In this document: one piece after another, positions 1-8,899 of the stretch
Numbering within the stretch: position 1 is the stretch's first letter
How the letters are laid out: every line of letters begins with the position of its first letter
DNA from: a virus
Lineage: Duplodnaviria > Caudoviricetes
DNA length: 43,102 nucleotides
Strand: one strand, 5' to 3'
Virus record (IMG/VR): IMGVR_UViG_3300032335_000697
Location: 1 to 43,102 of that record
Notes under the pieces: generated by a model
Told to the model about the DNA's origin: nothing
Seen by the model: the letters and a program-made list of their open reading frames with translations, nothing else
Database searches by the model: none
Position numbers and translations under genes: made by a program

Positions 1-209
1 AAAATACCAACAGCATCGGTTGCAGTAGTTGTGGTTGAAACACGGCTCAAAGTACCACCTGTGTTCAGACGTACAACGTCACCAAAGAAAATGGCGGTTG
101 TAGAACCTGAAGCGATGGGAATTTGACGAGTTGCACCAGCAAATACCTGACCACCGATCAAATTGATCGGTCTGAACCCATAGGGTCCGTCTACGGTAGG
201 ATAAGCCAT
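1..209 (-). CDS. Head-associated virion protein (probable capsid decoration/minor head protein), 5' part only; runs off the window
   Basis: ATG at 209 with AGGAG SD. Translates MAYPTVDGPYGFRPINLIGGQVFAGATRQIPIASG... with no stop. Follows the portal/scaffold genes. Confidence 0.6.
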   Translation of the reverse strand, partial: MAYPTVDGPYGFRPINLIGGQVFAGATRQIPIASGSTTAIFFGDVVRLNTGGTLSRVSTTTTATDAVGI

Positions 210-228
210 TTAAAACTCCTAATTAAGT

Positions 229-678
229 TTAGTTACCTTTTCCAAAAGTCACCGTGGATTTTTTCTCATTAAAGAGGGGCATCCTTGGGTCATTCTGGCG
301 CATTAAGCTATTGTCTACAGCATCCATCTGACTTTCTGCTTGAATTCGGTAATGTTTATTACGTTGTTCAACAAAATCTTCTGGAGTTTTGCAAAGCAAT
401 AACCCGCCAATCTCAATGTTGTCCTTAAAACGACTATTGGGATCAACTAGCAGTTGAAATTTCGGCTGTTCCTCAAGTGCTACTGGTTCCCATCCCTCCC
501 TTAGTTTTCCAGAGAGATTGCGTGGATCCAATTGATTCAAAGTCGAAACCCTAATCCATCGATACGCATACCCAGCCTGTTTATCAGGCTCAGGAAGCAA
601 TTCTGCTGGCGCCCACTGCTTAGGACGTTCGCTTGTTGCTCGTGTATCTACTTCACGTTGTAATCTAGTGTTTGCCAT
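229..678 (-). CDS. Conserved phage head-module protein (149 aa)
   Basis: ORF track; GGAG SD; YRWIR...LREGWEPV...GGLLLCK motif; position between the scaffold and head genes. Confidence 0.7.
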   Translation of the reverse strand: MANTRLQREVDTRATSERPKQWAPAELLPEPDKQAGYAYRWIRVSTLNQLDPRNLSGKLREGWEPVALEEQPKFQLLVDPNSRFKDNIEIGGLLLCKTPEDFVEQRNKHYRIQAESQMDAVDNSLMRQNDPRMPLFNEKKSTVTFGKGN

Positions 679-679
679 T

Positions 680-1609
680 TTAAGACTCCATTTTTAAAAG
701 TTCACGGGCGTATTGCTCAGGCGTTAGTCCTAACTTCTTCGCTATAGATAATTGGGATGTATTCAATCTTATCTTCTTTGAAGAGGTACTTCTACTCGCA
801 GGAGCAACAACTGTACTCGGCTTTACCCGATCAGTCGGTTTAGTGTCATCTACCACGTCCTGAAAATTCTCAGGGAACCTTTTACGCATTGTGTCATCTA
901 TGCGTCTGTAATACTCATCAGTCGTAGCGTAAGCCATACCGTTTTCTTTTACTAGCTTTTCATGTAAGCCTAAAGCTAGACTGGTCATTTCGTCATCCTG
1001 ACCAAACCAAGAATTACGTTCTTGCCAAGCAGTTGCTTTTGCATCACGAGTCGGCTCTTGATACGTCTGTTGTGGTATTTTTACTTCATTTTCTCTTTCT
1101 TGTAAAGAGGCACGTTGATTTATATTTTCAGCGTAGTTTGAAGCCTTTTCGACTTTCATCTTAGCGGACGTCATTTTTTCCTGAGCGTCTACTAGTTTTT
1201 CAGAGTCTCCAGCCTCATACGCCTCCCTATATTCCCGCTTTGCCATTTCTAATTCACGCTCTGCGGAATCCTTAAAGGAGTCAACGGCTACCTTTTCACT
1301 GGTATTGACCTTGCCTTTTAAGGCTTTATTTTCCTCGTAGAGCTTTTGGGCTAAAGCAACAGCCTCTTGCTGTTCTCGCAAGGCTTTTTCTTTTTCCCGC
1401 CTTTCATCGTGATAAACACGTCTAAATTGAGCTAGTTTTTCCTTAGCCTCGCTGGAGTACTCGTCCAGTTCGTCTCGATCAAGCTGCTCTACGGTTTCTT
1501 TGGGGAGGGGTTCTTTATCTTTATCGACTTCTGGGATGTCATCTTCGATTTCAATTTGAACCTGCTCTGCGTCTACTTCGTGTGGGAACTTATACTCGGT
1601 GTTTTCCAT
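680..1609 (-). CDS. Probable capsid scaffolding protein (309 aa)
   Basis: Acidic coiled coil; C-terminal helix (IAKKLGLTPEQYA); AGGAG SD; synteny after the portal. Confidence 0.65.
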   Translation of the reverse strand: MENTEYKFPHEVDAEQVQIEIEDDIPEVDKDKEPLPKETVEQLDRDELDEYSSEAKEKLAQFRRVYHDERREKEKALREQQEAVALAQKLYEENKALKGKVNTSEKVAVDSFKDSAERELEMAKREYREAYEAGDSEKLVDAQEKMTSAKMKVEKASNYAENINQRASLQERENEVKIPQQTYQEPTRDAKATAWQERNSWFGQDDEMTSLALGLHEKLVKENGMAYATTDEYYRRIDDTMRKRFPENFQDVVDDTKPTDRVKPSTVVAPASRSTSSKKIRLNTSQLSIAKKLGLTPEQYARELLKMES

Positions 1610-1617
1610 ATTTGCTC

Positions 1618-2022
1618 CTATTTACGTTTAATACCACGGGGGTCGTCTACTACCGCTTCCACTGAATCGTCATTAATAATGCGGAAATCCCGCCCATGAA
1701 TGACTAATCGGCTGCCAGCATTTGGTCTTACAAGGATAAAATCGCCTTTTTTACACCAAGCACCATTTGGAAAGCGGGCTGGATCTTTATAGCAATCTGG
1801 TCCTAAATCCACAACGAACAATACGGTTGTCAACAATTCGTCATATCTTAGGGTTTCATCTGCCTTAATAATCCCGCCATCATGCTCCTTTTCCACCTCT
1901 GGAATGGCACATAGTATTCTGTACCCCGAAGGTTTAGGGAGTTGTGTAGCTTTTTCTTCGTTTGACTTATTTAGCAGTTGTGTCAGATCCACTGCCCTGT
2001 CTAAGTCTAGAGTTTCACTCAT
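1618..2022 (-). CDS. groES: GroES/Cpn10-like co-chaperonin
   Basis: PSGYRILC, GGIIK mobile loop, VVDLGPD, KKGDFIL, RIINDDSVEAVV pattern. Confidence 0.85.
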   Translation of the reverse strand: MSETLDLDRAVDLTQLLNKSNEEKATQLPKPSGYRILCAIPEVEKEHDGGIIKADETLRYDELLTTVLFVVDLGPDCYKDPARFPNGAWCKKGDFILVRPNAGSRLVIHGRDFRIINDDSVEAVVDDPRGIKRK

Positions 2023-2200
2023 TCATTCTCTCCATTTTGTCTTTGAGGTCTAATATGTAACCCTTTGCGACTAGCAGACCTCGAATCTCCCCGCAAACTC
2101 GTTGATACTGTATGTGATCCATGTTTCCGACCACTACAGCATTCTTTAATTGGTCAGCTTTGTCATCTATCTGACCCATTAAAACGTCAATTTCTGTCAT
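2015..2200 (-). CDS. Small hypothetical head-module protein (61 aa)
   Basis: Overlaps the portal stop and the groES start; Y..VCGEIRGL motif. Confidence 0.7.
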   Translation of the reverse strand: MTEIDVLMGQIDDKADQLKNAVVVGNMDHIQYQRVCGEIRGLLVAKGYILDLKDKMERMNE

Positions 2201-4677
2201 TTTTTAGTTTTCTCCATCATTTGGGATAGGACTTGAGCCTTTTGAACATTGGTTTGGTCTTTTTTATGTGCCATTTCGATGCCCATTCTGGTTCCTTCTA
2301 TCTGTTCTTTGCGATCTAGCTCGTCTTTTTCCTTGGAAATCTTAGCTCCAAGCTTAGTTCCCTCTAGTTCGCCTTGAATCATGATGCGTTCACGCTCAAT
2401 ATCCAACTGTTCCTGCTTGAGAGCGACATCGGCTTGATCCTTCTGCATCTTGCGTTGAACGTCCTGCTGCTTAATTTGGAGTTCTTGCATCTGCATCTGG
2501 ATAATTGGGTCTTGAGCCTGCTGGGCAGCCTGTTGTTGAGCCGCCTGAGCTTGATTTTGCTGAAGAAGCTGGGTAGAAGCCTGAGCCACCAGACGAGAAA
2601 TCTGTACTTCGTATTCTTCTGGGATAGTTTCTTCATCGTCCTTGAGGTATGGCAGAGGCGCACCCAACTGTTGCTCAATCATCTGGCGGTACTTAAAGCC
2701 AAAATGCTCGGCAATATGAGCCTGTAAGGCAGCGGTCATCATCTGAGCCTGTGGATTCTGACCAATAACGGCTGCGGTAGTCGGATCCTGTAAGAAGTTA
2801 GTATGAGCCATGATATGAGCGTCTTGATCTTGATAGATAAAGGCTTTTAAAGGCTTATTGGACAATACGTCCATGTTCTCCGTGATGGGATCCTTGGGTT
2901 TTTGGTCGTCTTGTAAGGGAATAAGCTTCTGAGCGTTGCGGATTCCCAACACATCTAGCATTTGACGGTGTAGTTGCGGTAGGTTGTAGATCTGAGGCGC
3001 ATTTTGAGCCAGTTGGAGTACTGCTTGGTACTGTACGATCTTCTGCGCCATCGTTGCCGCATTCGGATCCGACACTGGAATAACCGTAACCATGTCATAG
3101 TCACTCTTCTTTGCCTTGCGGCTGCCCTCTTCAGGCTCATAGTTGTACTCTTCAGGCGTGTAGTCACGAATAATATCCTTTAAAAGACTTAATTCCTGCT
3201 TCATGGAGTAGTGAATACGGGCTTGTACCGCACTCATCACTTTGAGAGTCCGCTCTAGAATCGCCAGAGTCGTTCCGACTGGGGCGTTAGCAGACATATC
3301 AGCGACCTTCATGTCGCCAGCGGAAGCGAATCTGCGACCCTCTTCTACGATTGTTCCTAGGAGGGAATATAAGACTTGGCTGGGTTCCTTGTAGGGCAGG
3401 GTCATTAAGTTATCCTTAATGGCTCCCGAAGGGACGTCTACGTCTCTAAACTCACCTGGCGAGATGGGGGTGTCGTCTCCCTTAACTCGCAGACCTCTGG
3501 TTTTGAAACCGCCTGGCAGATTCGATAATGTACCAGCATCGACAAGTTGTCGGATAAGAGAAGTACCAGACTTAGCAAAAGCACCGACAAGGTGGATAAG
3601 CCCAAAACAATAAAAACCAAAGCCTGGCACGTATCCATAATGGACGAAATGATTCCGCTTTTGTTTGGTTTCATCTTCGGGTCTCCAGTTTCTACGGATT
3701 GATAGGACTTTCTGAGTCCCTTTTTCAATCGTTATAACATACGGTAGGGCGATGCCAGTCTCTTTCCCGTCTTCCTTGTCTTCGTAACCAGGCAGGTCTA
3801 GGTCTACGTGCATTTCCAAAAGTTTGTAGCGGTCGTCTGAAGTCGCTCTGAAACCCATTTTCTCGGCAATTTTCTTTTCGACTTCGTCCAAAGCCCCGCT
3901 AGGTTCTTGAAGTTCTACGTCTCGGTAAAAACCAGCAAACTGAAGTCGTTTAACTTCGTTCTCGGTCTTTCTCATGACGTGTGTAACACGAGGAGACGAC
4001 TGAAGGCTAGAGGCTCCATAAGGCACTACGATGTCCTCAGCGGGGATAAACATCGAGACTTGACGATCTAGTGCTGGATCAAAATAAACCTTCTTAAAAG
4101 CGTTTCCTGCAAGTCCCAGACCCCAGATCATTCTTTCATGTTCTGGGCGGTATTCGACCATAACGTCCGTTAATTGGTAGTTCATGTCGTCTTGAACCCG
4201 CTGGGCAGCGTCTTTCTTCTCAGGAGTCTCTTTACCGATCATTACGGTCTTGACAGGACCTGCCGCAGGGAAGGTCTCCATAATGGTCTCGGATTGAAAC
4301 TTAACGAGGGCTTCGGAGAGGAGGGGATGGTAGACTCCGCAAGCTCCTTCCCACGGTTCTGTCCGCTCTTCGATCTTCATTCCTAAAAGCTCTAGTCCAT
4401 CTACATAGGTCTGGATCCAGTCTTTTCTGGCACTAATATCGTCTTCAAAGTCGCCTATTAAATCGCCAGCTATCTCTGTTAGTTCGCCCTCGCTCATGTA
4501 TTCGGCAAGGTTGGCATCGAAGTCTTCGGCTGTTTCTTTGCTAGGTTCTATTTCAATCTCTAGCCCGTCAATACCGATAGTCACTGATTCAGGGTCTACA
4601 ATCTCAATTTCAATAGGTTCTTCAACAATAGAATCCAATCCGACAGGGGCTTGGTATAGACTTTTTTCAATTGACAT
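2197..4677 (-). CDS. Portal protein (826 aa)
   Basis: Follows terL; PWEGACGVYHPLL and GFGFYCFGLIH motifs; Q-rich coiled C-terminus like P22-type portals. Confidence 0.85.
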   Translation of the reverse strand: MSIEKSLYQAPVGLDSIVEEPIEIEIVDPESVTIGIDGLEIEIEPSKETAEDFDANLAEYMSEGELTEIAGDLIGDFEDDISARKDWIQTYVDGLELLGMKIEERTEPWEGACGVYHPLLSEALVKFQSETIMETFPAAGPVKTVMIGKETPEKKDAAQRVQDDMNYQLTDVMVEYRPEHERMIWGLGLAGNAFKKVYFDPALDRQVSMFIPAEDIVVPYGASSLQSSPRVTHVMRKTENEVKRLQFAGFYRDVELQEPSGALDEVEKKIAEKMGFRATSDDRYKLLEMHVDLDLPGYEDKEDGKETGIALPYVITIEKGTQKVLSIRRNWRPEDETKQKRNHFVHYGYVPGFGFYCFGLIHLVGAFAKSGTSLIRQLVDAGTLSNLPGGFKTRGLRVKGDDTPISPGEFRDVDVPSGAIKDNLMTLPYKEPSQVLYSLLGTIVEEGRRFASAGDMKVADMSANAPVGTTLAILERTLKVMSAVQARIHYSMKQELSLLKDIIRDYTPEEYNYEPEEGSRKAKKSDYDMVTVIPVSDPNAATMAQKIVQYQAVLQLAQNAPQIYNLPQLHRQMLDVLGIRNAQKLIPLQDDQKPKDPITENMDVLSNKPLKAFIYQDQDAHIMAHTNFLQDPTTAAVIGQNPQAQMMTAALQAHIAEHFGFKYRQMIEQQLGAPLPYLKDDEETIPEEYEVQISRLVAQASTQLLQQNQAQAAQQQAAQQAQDPIIQMQMQELQIKQQDVQRKMQKDQADVALKQEQLDIERERIMIQGELEGTKLGAKISKEKDELDRKEQIEGTRMGIEMAHKKDQTNVQKAQVLSQMMEKTKK

Positions 4678-4686
4678 AGCGTGTCC

Positions 4687-6186
4687 TTAGTAATACGCCA
4701 CTTTTTTGCGTGGCATAAATTGATCTTCTTCATCCGAGTTTAAACGGATAAATCCTCCCTGACGAAATCTTAACAAGGCTTGACTGGTGGAGTCCACAAG
4801 GTCGTCATGCTCGCCATTGGGAAAAGAAGCACATTCTTCCATCACCTCTTCCGCCCAACGCTTGTTAGGACACCAGACAAAACCTGAAGCAAACAGATCA
4901 GATATAGCGTTTACACGGGCTATCTTATCAGAGCCTTTGCTTGGTGTATATTCCTGTAATGGTATTCCCATCCTACGCATCTCATAGATGAGGGGCGCTC
5001 CTGCCGCCTTTTTCTCCACAATCAGGGCATCGGGCGTCCAATCCTTGTAAAGCTCTTGTGCTTTTTTCTTTAGTTCAGGGAACTCTAGACGGTCTTTAAA
5101 TGCGTCCAAAAGGATGATGTGGGTCGTGTCAAAACCATCGGAGTCCGTTTTATAGAAGACCCCCCATGTCGTACAGGCGGAGTAGTCCGCCCTGTTGTTC
5201 TTTTCAAAAGCCGTGTCCCAAGATTGGATAATGAACTCACAGACTGGCGGTTCGTCCTTCTCCCAGATCTGCCACATATCCCGTTTAATAATCGCCCCTT
5301 CTTCGGAGGTCGGGTTCTGCTGGTACTGGGCTTCCCATTTACTGACTGGGATCTCGTTTTTGATGGCTTCTAACTCTTTTTTGCTCCAGAACTCACTCCA
5401 TAAAGGTTTGCCTGAGGGCATGAGAGCAGGAAACTCAATCTGCTCCCAGTCGTCTCCCTCTCGTTTGATGGAGTTATTAAGGATTTGTCCTGTTAAGTCC
5501 CGCTTAGACCAGCGGGTCATCACAATAATGATGGATCCGCCAGGCTGTAGACGTTGACGAGGACCAGAAGAATACCATTCGTAGACCCTGTCGAAGACCG
5601 CAGGATTGCCTTGCATCGCCTCCTGCTCGGAATGGGGGTCGTCAATGATGAGGACATCCGCACCTTTACCCGTAACAGCACCGCCAACACCAATAGCGAA
5701 GTAATCCCCGCCTTTGTTAGTGTTCCACCGTCCCGCAGCCTTGCTGTCTGAGGATAGTTTTGTGGGAAAGAGGGCTTGGTAGTCTGGGGTCGCTACAAGG
5801 TTCCTGACCTTACGACCGAAGTTTGTCGCCAATTCTGCTGTATGGGCAGTCTGAATGATTTTCTTATGTGGAAACTTCCCTAGATACCAAGCGGGAAACA
5901 GATAGGAAGCAAACTCCGACTTAGTATGGCGGGGAGGCATATTGATGATCAGTCGCTTTAAAGACCCATTAGCGACTCGTTCAAAGGCGTCCGCCATGTC
6001 TTTATGATGTTTCCCAGCAATAAAGGCAGACCACATCTCTTTGACAAAGGGCATGAAGTTTTGCCTGCATTTCTCCTTCTTGTCCTCTTCTAAAAGCTTT
6101 TTAATCTTAGGGATCTGAGGGGAGCCTTCAGGCAGGTGATCCAATAGATTACGATACTTCCTAATTTCTTCTTCAGTAAGAATCAC
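4687..6186 (-). CDS. terL: Terminase large subunit
   Basis: MPPRHTKS Walker A, LIIDDP Walker B, QSWDTA and HDDLVDS nuclease motifs. Confidence 0.95.
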   Translation of the reverse strand: MILTEEEIRKYRNLLDHLPEGSPQIPKIKKLLEEDKKEKCRQNFMPFVKEMWSAFIAGKHHKDMADAFERVANGSLKRLIINMPPRHTKSEFASYLFPAWYLGKFPHKKIIQTAHTAELATNFGRKVRNLVATPDYQALFPTKLSSDSKAAGRWNTNKGGDYFAIGVGGAVTGKGADVLIIDDPHSEQEAMQGNPAVFDRVYEWYSSGPRQRLQPGGSIIIVMTRWSKRDLTGQILNNSIKREGDDWEQIEFPALMPSGKPLWSEFWSKKELEAIKNEIPVSKWEAQYQQNPTSEEGAIIKRDMWQIWEKDEPPVCEFIIQSWDTAFEKNNRADYSACTTWGVFYKTDSDGFDTTHIILLDAFKDRLEFPELKKKAQELYKDWTPDALIVEKKAAGAPLIYEMRRMGIPLQEYTPSKGSDKIARVNAISDLFASGFVWCPNKRWAEEVMEECASFPNGEHDDLVDSTSQALLRFRQGGFIRLNSDEEDQFMPRKKVAYY

Positions 6187-6413
6187 AGGGAGGTCATCTT
6201 TTGAATGGTTTTATCGATAGGCTCAACAGACCTGACTTTGTGGGGGTCAAGCTTTAAGAAACCCATGTCTTTTAGTCTATGGACTAGTCTATGGATATTG
6301 GCTTTACTCTTCAGGTTCAATCCTGTGGCTATGTCCACATAACTAGGGGAAAACCCTTTGACCTTGATGAAGTCCTCAATGTACCGCAACACTTCCATCT
6401 GACGTTCTGTCAC
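6183..6413 (-). CDS. LexA-type winged-helix DNA-binding protein, N-terminal domain only
   Basis: MTERQMEVLRYI...GFSPSYVDIA...LKSKANIHRLVHRLKDMGFL...RSV matches the LexA N-domain; no peptidase domain. Confidence 0.8.
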   Translation of the reverse strand: MTERQMEVLRYIEDFIKVKGFSPSYVDIATGLNLKSKANIHRLVHRLKDMGFLKLDPHKVRSVEPIDKTIQKMTSL

Positions 6414-6658
6414 AGTCGTTCCTCCTGTGGCTTCTTAAACAATTCTAAAAAAACGGGAGTGGACTCGCCTACGTAAGCTCCTAGCATATTGTAGGAATAG
6501 TAGTCCCATGCCTCTTCTTCTGTCATATCTTTCATAAGGATCTCTATGACCTTATGGGTGTCATAGCAGATAGCCTGAAGACCTATCCTTTGTACGACTC
6601 CCACAATCGCCTCATCAAATCCGTCCATCTTTAGTAGGTCTGGATACTCTTCAATCAT
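6410..6658 (-). CDS. Conserved phage hypothetical protein (82 aa)
   Basis: ORF track; ATGA-coupled; DGFDEAIVG...GAYVGESTP. Confidence 0.75.
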   Translation of the reverse strand: MIEEYPDLLKMDGFDEAIVGVVQRIGLQAICYDTHKVIEILMKDMTEEEAWDYYSYNMLGAYVGESTPVFLELFKKPQEERL

Positions 6659-6873
6659 TTGAGCTTCTCCATTGCTTTTCTAAGACTAGCTATGGCTGCA
6701 CTCAAATGCTCTTTCTCACCGCCACGCAATTCAGCCTCTACCGCCATGAGACTTAATATCAAATTCTTTAACTTGCTTATTACCAACTGGTTTTTCAATT
6801 TTATATATACCCCCATAGGAACAAATAGAAAACGTTCTGGGGGTAGTTTGCTATAGTGTTTAAACAATGTCAA
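6655..6873 (-). CDS. Hypothetical protein; true start uncertain
   Basis: Stop overlaps the next ATG; helical C-terminal half. Confidence 0.45.
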   Translation of the reverse strand: MTLFKHYSKLPPERFLFVPMGVYIKLKNQLVISKLKNLILSLMAVEAELRGGEKEHLSAAIASLRKAMEKLK

Positions 6874-6896
6874 CTGGAAATTTGCATAGGGGGGGA

Positions 6897-6912
6897 TGTT
6901 TCACGTGGAACA
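6897..6912. promoter_or_regulatory. parS: parS centromere-like site
   Basis: TGTTTCACGTGGAACA (reverse complement TGTTCCACGTGAAACA) fits the chromosomal parS consensus TGTTNCACGTGAAACA exactly; intergenic. Confidence 0.8.
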
Positions 6913-7151
6913 ACTGCAACACAAGTTGGGGTAATCACACACCGTATGTGAAGCGTGAAAACGTGCTTTCCCCCGTTTCATTATACATAGAGAACGTTCG
7001 TATTGGTATATGAGTGTAGAGGAATGTGTGGATCACAGTGTAAGTACACGTAGGACGCATACACGCAAACAGCGGGGGTCGGGTGCGGTGGGGTCGAGCA
7101 AGGCACGTTTAAACAAGGGGCAGGCATCGAGCCAGTTCTCTACGCAAGACG

Positions 7152-7814
7152 TCAGTGCTTACGCTTGTTCGCATTCTCTAGCAGTGTCAGTGATGACTCC
7201 AGTTCTTTCTTCAATGCATCTACGTCAATCACCTCGTTGACCTGTTCCACCTTATCGCTAAACATTCCTACCGCCTTGCCCATTAGTTCCAGTGAGCGTA
7301 GTTTCATACTGATTGGAGTGTCTTCGTCTTCTGCGTGGTCATACAGTTGAGACATGATGTGATGACGTGCAATGCGTTCATCTGTAAGGATCATTTCTTT
7401 TCTAGCGTGCATGAGAGGCTCTAGGAGTAAAGTAACTCTAGGATCCCGCATTAGTTTGTTCGCATTGCTTGTGATTGTTGCGTGGCTTGAGTTCTCGCAG
7501 TTGTAACTCTTCATGTAAGCATTGATCGGTGTGTGACCATTGATCAGGTAATGAGCAAACATCGTAGCCCTTGGTGACAGTCTTTTGTCTCTGCCATTAG
7601 GTTCTACACCATTCTCTACTTTCACTCCATGAGGCTTACCATTCTTCTTTACCTTTATCTCTTGCTCTTCTATTGCTTTCCTATAATCCCTTGGCTGATC
7701 GCCTTTGGCATTCATTCCCTCGCCTGTACTGATAGCATCGTTCTTATTTTCTGTGCTAATACTCAGACTGTCGCATTCATTGTGTTTTTTGCTGGTCTTC
7801 ATCGCTGGTCTCAT
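7152..7814 (-). CDS. terS: Terminase small subunit
   Basis: LSPRATMFA...NAYMKSY...ANKLMRDPRV HTH region and KLRSLELMGKAVGMF tail; upstream of terL. Confidence 0.8.
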   Translation of the reverse strand: MRPAMKTSKKHNECDSLSISTENKNDAISTGEGMNAKGDQPRDYRKAIEEQEIKVKKNGKPHGVKVENGVEPNGRDKRLSPRATMFAHYLINGHTPINAYMKSYNCENSSHATITSNANKLMRDPRVTLLLEPLMHARKEMILTDERIARHHIMSQLYDHAEDEDTPISMKLRSLELMGKAVGMFSDKVEQVNEVIDVDALKKELESSLTLLENANKRKH

Positions 7815-7836
7815 CCTCGTTTAAACTTCGATCACT

Positions 7837-8009
7837 GGCTCACATGATGAGCCTGTTCCATTTTGATGTCAATATCGTTTCCTGACTGTTCTCTATTTCA
7901 CCTGTCACTGGCTCACTGCATGAGCCTCTACTATCTCTATCAGTCACCAGTGAATCGCTACCTATTTATCTGACTGTCGCACTTCGTGCTAAGGCTCACG
8001 TGATGAGCC
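7837..8009. repeat. Three palindromic sites GGCTCA-N5-TGAGCC
   Basis: 7837-7853, 7910-7926, 7993-8009. Confidence 0.85.
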
Positions 8010-8054
8010 ACCCGATTCTTAAAATGAATCCCAGTTGTGACCGAGACCGCTCAG

Positions 8055-8072
8055 TACTGTATATCCATACAT
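8055..8072. promoter_or_regulatory. Near-consensus SOS (LexA) box
   Basis: TACTGTATATCCATACAT = CTGT-N8-ACAT, one mismatch from CTGT-N8-ACAG. Confidence 0.35.
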
Positions 8073-8295
8073 GGGGTTTAAACCGCATTAGAGGGGTCTA
8101 GAAGACGTTAATGCAATTGTTGGAGCAAGTGGGTGTGCTAGCACGTGATCGTTCAATGGTGAGCCTCACCCTTATAGAACAAGGCTTGGCGGGGAGGGTT
8201 TTTTGGGTCTTGTATAAGACCTAAAACTGGGCGATAGATAGTCTTATATAGAGGGTAATACCTGAGTGAAGTGTGGGGGATTAACTACATGATGC

Positions 8296-8325
8296 TTGCA
8301 CCTGTTTAAACATTAATGCTAACAT
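8296..8325 (+). promoter_or_regulatory. Sigma70-like early promoter
   Basis: TTGCAC-18 nt-TAACAT with extended -10 TGn; the spacer contains GTTTAAAC. Confidence 0.6.
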
Positions 8326-8344
8326 CTAGCCTGTTGTTGCAGTT

Positions 8345-8715
8345 GTAGTAAATCGGTGAATAACCACCGACACGTGCGAGCCGAGAGCGTGAATAAATAA
8401 ATGCGGTGATCGATTCAAATTGCTTAACTGCCTATCGATCTAAAACAATGGGCGAGACGTATCAAGTCTATAACTGTGCGGGAAAGGCTAGTAGCCACAT
8501 GGTCTCTGACAATAGTATTCAAAAATTGTCAGTGCGTGGTGAACGAGATGGCACCGAGACCGCTTTGACCCACGAGGTGATAGTCGTGGCGAGTGCTAGA
8601 TCAGGTAGCGATACCTAGTTCTTTTGAGATTTAATCTCATTGGATTCAGACTAAACACCCACCTATCCTATCGGGGTTTGACTTGAGTCCAAGAGGATGC
8701 AATCTCGCATCTCTT
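8345..8715 (+). ncRNA. Candidate long structured leader or non-coding RNA
   Basis: About 9 consecutive stems, including a three-way junction and a GCGA tetraloop, between the promoter and the first RBS-bearing ORF. Confidence 0.5.
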
Positions 8716-8726
8716 ATGGAGGCTTT

Positions 8727-8885
8727 ATGCAAAATCAATTCCCAGTAGTGCGTGTTGAGATCGTTAATCGCTTTGCCCATTACGGCAATGATGTCGATTC
8801 ATTTAGAACAGTTTATTTTGATGAGCCGTATCAGCCTGATACCAAGGTTGGTGCTATTCCTAATAACTTCTTCTTTTCACTCTAA
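8727..8885 (+). CDS. Small early hypothetical protein (52 aa)
   Basis: GGAGGCTTT-ATG at 8727; in frame with track ORF 8697-8885. Confidence 0.55.
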   Translation: MQNQFPVVRVEIVNRFAHYGNDVDSFRTVYFDEPYQPDTKVGAIPNNFFFSL

Positions 8886-8899
8886 CCAAAGGGGGCTTT

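Noticed and set aside
1-209. Calling this the major capsid protein
   Set aside because: Only about 70 aa are visible, and the sequence looks more like the head protein that precedes the MCP in such phages.
2374-5751. Antisense and alternative-frame ORFs over portal and terL, and similar ones over the primase, giant and tail genes
   Set aside because: Shadow ORFs of well-supported genes with no recognisable motifs.
8406-8618. 70-aa ORF in the early leader
   Set aside because: GTG start without a clear SD; the region is better explained by RNA structure, though coding is not excluded.
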